Positions 38,301-47,300 of a DNA stretch of 64,000 nt are shown piece by piece. Under the pieces are notes generated by a model. The model was not told the DNA's origin. It did not search any database and saw only the letters and a program-made list of their open reading frames with translations. This stretch comes from an uncultured virus (IMG/VR IMGVR_UViG_3300018421_000009) (taxonomy: Duplodnaviria > Heunggongvirae > Uroviricota > Caudoviricetes). Numbering within the stretch: the first letter of the stretch is position 1; every line of letters begins with the position of its first letter. Location of the stretch: IMG/VR virus record IMGVR_UViG_3300018421_000009, one strand, 5' to 3'. The position numbers were made by a program, and so were the translations under genes.

Positions 38301-41300
38301 TCTACCTACTTTGCCGCCATCTGCAACACTGCCATTTAGAATAATCTCTGGAGCACTTAAATAACCTGTTCCTGGATTTGTAATTTTAATTTCAGTAATT
38401 TTTCCGCCGCCAACATATGCTATTGCTTTTGCTCCTGATCCACCGCCGCCGACAAATTCAACACCTGGAGCATTTTCGTAGCCACTGCCTGCATCAGCAA
38501 TGTCGATATCTTTAATCTTGAAACTTGCATTATCTAACCAATGTTTAGCAGGGTAATCAGTAATTGCTGTTCCTTGAATAGTATCATCAATTACTTTTTC
38601 AGTTCTTGGAATAATTCTTCCTTTAACATCACTGTAAAATGGTGCAAGATCAAAGTCAGTTACAGTAGTACCTGTTTCTTCCAAACTTTCGTATGTTGAT
38701 AGGTATTCTCTAATCTTAGTTTTGTAAGGTTTAACTTCTTCAACGTATGCTTCATAACTTGGTAACCAGTCATTGTTAAATGTAATATCTTTTCTTAACT
38801 TTCCAACATTATGTTTTGCCTTGATGAAACTTGTTTTAAACATCCAATCAACAAAGTTTTGCTCAGTTAAAACATAACGCATTTGAGCAAAGAACAATTC
38901 GTTATAATGAATTGCTAGATTATCAATAAAAATATTATCTCTAATAGTTTGAAGGATAATTCTTAATTCTTGTACAGGTATTAAATCAAACGCACTATCG
39001 TCATAACCAAACGAATCATAACCAACTAGGTCTTCACTAAAATCATATAATGCTTTACTAAATTGAATAGTTGCATTTTCTCTACCAATTGTTTGATAGT
39101 TAACAGTATAATCAACATTAGGTTGATCATCTATTTTACGCAACATTAACCAACCGCCCGATCCAACATTATTAATCTTAACAATATCACCAAAAGTATC
39201 ATTTATTGATTCTAGTTCGTAAGGATTATCAATTACAAAGTCTGTTTTTGTAAGTGCATTCCAATTTTCTGCATACCAATCAGTATAATACCAATAAGGA
39301 TCTACGTCGAAACTTTGACTTACAATTCTGTTCCAAGGAATAGTTCCTCCTACATATTCATATAAAGACCATCTGTTAGAATATGTTGAATCTGATGTTA
39401 CTAAGACTGTAAATTTCCTTACTGAAATTCTATCTGTTTGAAGATAATTTTGTCCTTGATTAATAACTTCTGCTTCTGTTACAGCACCAACATTATTAAT
39501 AGTTAATCTAATATCAGCACCCTCGCCAGTTGCAGATACAAGTTCTACTGTAGGTACTGTTTTATATCCTCTACCACTACTAATAATATCAACTCGTAAA
39601 ACTCTGCCGTCTTGAATTGTTGCACTTAGTACAGCAGGTTGAACTTTACCTACTGAAACATAATCTAATTCTTTTTCAGAGTCGATTTCAAGATCATATC
39701 TTCTTGATGCTAGTGTTGGTTTAGGATCACTAGATGTTAATGGTGATAAATCAAATTCATCAATTAAAATGTATTTTAACATTACAGAGTTTACTCTTTC
39801 AATAAACTGCTTTAATGCTTCAATTCTGTTTACAAACATTCCTTGTCTTGGATTATTCAAAATACCGTATTTGTCTTTAAGACTTAGGAATCTATCTGGA
39901 ACTTCACGGCCTTGGCCGTCAAAACCAATTAAACTGTCAAACCATTTAAGTTCTAAATCTGACTTAGGTCTGCTAGTTTCTAAACCATCTGTAAGAATCC
40001 TATATTGGTTATGGACGTTTCTATCTGTGTATGGAATTGTCCAGTAACTAAATTTAAGAATAGTACTGTCACCTTTAATAGAACTTTGTAAATTATGTAG
40101 TGTCCACTCGTTGTTTTTCAACATTGTAGCAAACTTATATCCAGCACCGGAAGGATTACTGATTAATTGTTGTACACTTGCGGCGCTTAATGTTCTTCCA
40201 GGAACATTTGGCACTGTAACTTTATTTCTTACCCAGAAATAATTATAAGTTGTAAACTTTTGTGCTGGTTCGTCATAAACACGTCTAGTTGAATATGCTT
40301 CCATTCCATACTTAGACTTGCCGCTGATTCCTTGTGTTAATCCTTCTTCGGAATCTGCTTGTTCGTCCCATTGCTCAGGTGTTAGTTCTGTTTCTACCCA
40401 TTCATAAATTTCTACTTCTGTTCCTGGGAAAACTGTGTTAAAGGTGTTACTTACGCTAAAGATACTTCCTGTATTTGCATAAGGATTAATAAATCTAACA
40501 GCATCAATGTCCCACCATAATTTTCCAACTAAGTTAGTAGTATTGTATGTTGTTACGTCTTTAACAACAGCATTTGTTGTCGCAACATTATATGATGCAG
40601 GGTCGTATGTTGTTTTAAACGATAATTCAACTTCTGCAGGACCTGCAATTTTTCCTTGTAATGGATCAATAAAGTCAATATATTCATCTGTTTGTTTAGT
40701 AGTTTCGTCATAAAGAAGAATACCCTTAAACTTGTCTAGATCTACAACCTGTCTATCTTGTCTAATCTTTTCCCACAATCTTGCATTTGGACTTGATCTA
40801 AAATCAATTACACTGCCAGGAACTGTAGTTTCTTCTCTTACATAACTAGGAAGTCCTGCATATATGTGATTTCCTTTAGCATAAAGAATCTTACCAAAAT
40901 ATAATGCTCTCGGATCAGATAATTCTAATTTGTCGCCGTAAACATATCTATCACCAGTTAATTCAAATACAAACACTTCTCCAGTATCAGTTAATGTTGT
41001 GTTAAACAAAGTTGTTCCATTATCAAATACAGTGGTATTGTCGTCAAACTCTGTTACACTTGTTAAATCACCGCCTGCAGAACTAATAACTAATCTGTCT
41101 GTATCGTATACAACTGTTGATCCAAACTTCTCATTAGATAAGCCTTTCGGACCAGTTAATATTTGAACTTGTTGGAATCTACCATTGATTGATTGATAAA
41201 CAAAAACAGCGCCTTGGTTGGTATATTCTTCACTATATCTAGGTGCACCAACAACAACCCATCTTCCATTTTTAGAAACACTTACACACTCACCAAAACC

Positions 41301-44300
41301 GATTCCAGCATTTGGAGCATCAATTAATTGATCAAACAAGAAATGTCCGTTTAACTTTCTGTATATTGCTAATTTAGGTGTAGCAATGGAACTATCAATT
41401 GTATCTCCATATTTTACAATAGTTGCTAATACTTGACCATTATCACTTACATCGTAGTTTACGCCAAACTCATATAAGTTTGTCGAATCAATAGCACTAT
41501 CTTCCCCAACAATAAATCCAGTATTGTTAGGAATAAATCCGTTGAGGTCTACACCTGTTTGAATTTCTGTCCAATCATTTGAGTCAAATGCTCCGGGGAT
41601 TAAGTTAGTATTGGCTTGATAAATCTTATCAGCATATTTTGTGTACTCTCCTTCAAAATAAGAAACTGTAGTATTAAAATCACCTCTATAATTTTCATCA
41701 ACACCTAATACCCAACCTTTTGAACTACTATAATTGTATGTGTTAATTCGTCCTGGTTGAACAAACGTGCTGTTTCCTCTGCTTGAAATATAAGCAGAAT
41801 ATGTTCCGTCTGCATTTGTAACTAGATCAATTTTGCTACCAAAATGTCTGTAGTTATCTGCATCAGGAGTAATTAAAACTTCTAACAAATTATAAAAATT
41901 ACTGTTATTCTTTTCATAAATTGCAACTGCACCTTGACGTGTGTAATTACTTGCTGTTCCCACTGAAGTAGCGGTAACATTATAAACACGAGCCCAATCA
42001 TTATTTGTTGCCGAAGGCGGATTTGCACTACGTGGAATACCTTGTAATATATCTGTCTTATAAACCCAATATTCAAAGTTTTGTAAAGTTCTAGCAGTAC
42101 CTACAGTTAGGTTTTCACCTCTGTTTACTACAATAATCGGTCCTAGGCTGTTACTGTTAAAGTAACGTGCTTTAGTTGTACCTACAAGTCTAATGACTCC
42201 TGCACCTTGTGAACCTTCAACAATACTAATACTTGAGATATTACCGAATTCGCTTCCCTTCTTAAAGGTTCCTGAAACATTTTTAAGCCATAGTCTTAAA
42301 TCGTTAAACACCTTTTCAACATATGTAACTTCTGCTGTTGCTAGTGTATCATTATCTCTAACAATATCTCCTACAACAGGAATATATGGATTACCATAAT
42401 TAGGGTTATAATCTTGGTCGCCTTCAGTCGGTGATCCGCTGTTATCAAAGTTAGTAAGATTAATTTCAATCCAACCATTCCAAATGTCATCAACAACATG
42501 ATCTGTTCTGTTTAGATAAGCAAATGTTAGTTCGGGACTTAAAACTGTAGGTTGTTGTAAACTATTGTCTAGTCCTCTTAATTCGTTAAACCAGAATTTA
42601 AATGTATCGCCAACTGCAAAATCTGTTTCAATTGATTTAGGTAATCTAAACGCCCATCTGTCAGAGATCTCAAAACCAGAATCTCCAATAAAGGTTAATG
42701 TTTCAATATAAGACGGAACACCTGGATCAAGTAAGTCATCAACACTATCATATGTGTTTGCATACGAGTTCGGTGTTCTAGGTTGACTTGCTGTAACAAT
42801 GTCTTTTATAACTAAAAATGGTTTTGATTCAATTGTTATAGTTGATACAAACGATGATCCTACATCAATTCTCCACCAACCACCAAATGCTGGGTCATCT
42901 TGTTGTACGGGTCTTTCGTAATCACCAACGACAATATCCCCAAGTTCTAATGTTCCTGTGTTTGCAAAGTCACCGTTAGTTTCTTTAAGGTATATAATAG
43001 TTCGATTATCACCTGTTGTATAAGCATACGCAACTTTACCCACTGCAACATCACTAGACACAGTTTCATTTACACTCGGTATTGCCTGTGTATTGTCGAT
43101 TAATAAAATGTCGTCAACTTTTTCAGTAATTAAATGTTCGCCTGTAAAGAAATCTCCGCTTAGAGTTTGATTACCATTAAACGGCTGTACTCCTGAAGGA
43201 TACCGTGTATTTTTGTCATTCCATTTTAAATGTAATGTGTCACCGATTTGTGTTCCGTCGTATTGTAATTTAGGTGCTCTAATTAATACGTGGTCTGCTA
43301 AATCCTCAACAAATGTATGATTACCTCTAAGAATAAAATAGAAGTCATCGTAGTTTTCACCGTCATATGTAGTAACTTGTTGTTCTACATGGGAACTAAA
43401 ACTATTAAAATCTAAACTTGGATCTTCAGGTTCTACTGTTGCTTTTGCTCTCCAAAATTGATTTGTATATTTTACAATAGATCCGTCTTCGTATGTTGCT
43501 CCAGGATTAAAATTACCTTTGTAATTAGTTTTTGCATTTGATGCATATGGAATACCAACGAATATAAACTTACCGTCAGTAGTAACTGCTGTAGACTGAC
43601 CGAAACTTTCCTCGCCTGTGAATAAGTTAGGTGGACAATCTAGTTCTTGAGATAACACTAGAGGCAAATTCTCAGATGCTCTAAAGTGTAAATCAACTCT
43701 TCCTGGAAGGGTAACTCCGGGAGCACCAATAGCCACGATCGAATTAATTTCGTTTGCACTAATGCTAGTACCAAAACCTCTTTCGTCTGTTCCTAATACT
43801 CCGGCTAAAGTTGCATTAAAAGATTGTTTTTGTACACTGTATGAATTAGAATTTTGAATTACAGACCAACTTCCGTTTTCGTCTGAGTCAATCCAAATCT
43901 TTTCATTGGGTGTGTAATTATTTCTTGTTACTTTCTCATTAATGTTAGACAAGTTAGGCACTCTAACACTTTCAAGTCGCACAATAAATCCGCTTGTTTC
44001 TTCTGCATCTTCAATTTCGCCCGAAGTCTCAGCATAAATTGTATTCAAACTAACACGTTTAACTTTATAGAATCTATTAGTACTTGGTGTTGTTCCTAGA
44101 ACACCTATAATGTCGTCTTTTTCTAACTTAGGAGTTTTTCTAGTTGTAATCTCAATAGATTGCGAACTGTCTGAATTAATAATTTTAGTTACTTTAAGAT
44201 CTGTTTCACTTTGACGCAATACATCAAATGTTTGGAAACGTTTAGCAACCCAAATATATTGTCCCACTGAAATAGATTTAACATCTAGATCTAAGATATC

Positions 44301-47300
44301 ATCGTAATTAGTAACTTTAAAATCAATATCGTCTTCTGTTACATAACCTGCTGTTTTAATATAAGTCTTAGATTCGTCTAAAGTTTTAGTAGGAAACGGT
44401 GCATGATTATAGTTTGTGGGTTTGCTATAAACATCACTTGGAATATATCTATAAACTAAGTCAGTTGCTAATGGATCAATTTGATTAACCAACTGGAATG
44501 GTTGTGGTTGTAGTCTAAGATCTGCTTCGTTAATCTTAAATTCTACTTCATCAAATCCTTCACTTGCGCCATATTGACCTACTTTAAATGCCCACTCTTC
44601 AAAGAATTCTAAACTTGATTTATCAGTATTCGAAAGTGCATCAAAGAACTTAATTAAACTATTCTTTGTTCCCTTGTCTTGAATCATTCCTTGATAAAAC
44701 TTATACTGAGATACATCATCATTAATAACGTTTTCTAAATATGTTCTATTTTGATAACCAATTAAATGTTGGGCAAACTTTTGTTGCTCACTATCAAAGT
44801 TTGATGTATCTAAATCATAAAAGTCAGCAAACTGATTTGCTTTATAATCAAAGTTTGGAATCATGTATGACTTAGGTTCTTCTGGTAGTCTAATCCAGTC
44901 TTCGTCATTGAAATCTGTTGTGCCAGGAATTTTATACTTGGCACTGTAATAGAATGTTTTGTGTTTAACTACTGTTGCAATAGCATAATCTGTATTAGGC
45001 TCCCAGTCTTTAATTACAACGTTATCATATGTAAAACCTGGAATATCAAAACTTCCGTTCCAGCCGGTGCTTCTATAACCTAGAACTTTAATCCTTGCTT
45101 GTCTATATCCTGGAGCAGGATTATAAATTACGTCATTGAAAACAGTTTTGTTGTCAATAAGGACAACGTGTTCTTTTTGTACTAACGGTAACTTAACAAA
45201 ATAAATGCCATCTGCTGTATTTTTAAGTGTTAGGCCAAATTCGTTTTTGTTACTTCTAATTGTGTTAGCAAAATCTTCTCTTAACTTACGACCATCTGCT
45301 TTTAACAATGTATAATCATAAAAGTTGTCAAACAGATTATCTACAATAGCATTATCTCTTGCAAACTGCAATTTAATAGCACTAGGTGACAGTGTAATTA
45401 ATGAACCGTCATTCCATGCTTGAGTTGTCCAGAATAAAAATTCTCTTGCACTAAGTTCCCAGTTTTCAATAGTTTCAATTTCTTGATTAAAATTCTCAAA
45501 GGAAAATCCTTGTTTTTCTAAATATTTTCCATAACCTAATAAGAAATCAATTACATCTTGTCTAGTTGGTAACAGAGTTCCATATAATAACTTAGATTCA
45601 CCAAGTTCAAATGTTCTTCTTAGTATTCCCTCTGCACCACCGTCAATTGGTAGTTCAGCAAGTTTAACAAAGTTATTAGTATTAAATGAATCAAACGTTC
45701 CGGATACTTGTACCCTGAAGAAAGTATCTCCATTGCGAACAATTTGTCCTTTCTGGTATCTTTCTCCCGGAACCCACTCTAAGAAGTTTGCACTTACACC
45801 ACCAATGTTAATTACAGGATCCGCCGCACGTTCTAAATGTTTAAAGTATGTAAAATAAGGTTTGCTTTTATCATAGCCTTTTAATACATAACCGTTTGGT
45901 CTTTTTTCAACAATAACACCGCTGTATGCAACTGTTTCAACCGGTGAACTTACATTAAAGAATATATCATAGTTCTCTTCCGGAATAAACACATTACCTT
46001 TATTGCTAGGTGTTCTACTGTCAAGTAGTAATTTAAATTTAGATTTTTGCGTAAATCCGCCAACCTTGAAACCTAATTGACACTTAATATTAGTTACTTC
46101 TTCGCTATAAGTTTCATTTAGTTTAGTTACATCAGCATTGATATAGTTAAACAAATAGTTTACAAGACCAGCAGTTGTTACTCTAACTGTTGCGTCTGTA
46201 CCGTTTGGAAATACAATACTACTTGGTGTAACTCGTTTAGAAGTAGTAGAATATACAACTTGATTTGCTGTGTTTCTGATTATTCTTGCTCTATCAAATC
46301 CAAGTCCAATAAGTTTTGCAGGTTGATGTATTAACCATGCTGTTAGTATAGAGAACGGATATTCGCTACCTCTACGCCATGCAGTTTCTACAGGTGCTTC
46401 GTCGCCAAATACAAATTGTTTATTTGTTTCTGGAACAATAAGTCCTCTAGCATAACCGCTTTCATAAGGACTTACTAGATTTCCTCTATCATCTACAGGA
46501 ATAGTTTTAGAAAGACCTTTTCTTGCATAGTTAGGACGATATCTAATAGGCTTATTAGGTTCTCTAACTCTGCCTGCTTCTAAGTCTTCCCAAAGAATTG
46601 CATTATTATTTGTATAAGGTGCCGGACCGTAAACTTCTTCCCACCAACTTGGCATTTCAACATAACCTAAAATTTTCCAAGGTGTTGTATGAGGAGTGTC
46701 TGTACTTAGATATTCATTATAAATTGCTCTCCAGAATCCAGGCAATGCTTTGCCATCTGGATCTTGCATAGTAGAATAGTTCCATGTAAATTGATTTGTT
46801 CTATCATAAAAATCTACAGCAGAATAATCTGGATCACCTGCAATTGATAACCATTCAATAAAGTCTGTAATAATAATATCGTTGACATCTTGTCTTGTAA
46901 ATCCTGTATCTCTATTTTTATGTCCTACAAAACTATCAATATCAAGAATATTAACATCATATTTTACTTTAATATTATTATAGATTCTAAATTCTAATTC
47001 TAAAATAAGATCGTCACGGTAATCGCCGTATGCTTTTGTAATACTGCCATCGTGACCCTTAATCACTGTTTGCGGTGTTTGATAAGAATTATCAACAAAC
47101 TTTCTTGGTATATGTAACGGCCATAAACCTAATTTAGTAGGAGTAGGCGGAATATATGAAGCATCTGTTGACTCGTATTCATATATTAAAATAGTATCTT
47201 CTAGTTGTAGATCTACACTATCAGTAATTTTAATAAATCCTTCACTAGTAAATGTATAATCTCTATTGTGTAACAACTGAGTATCATTTAGATAAACGTA

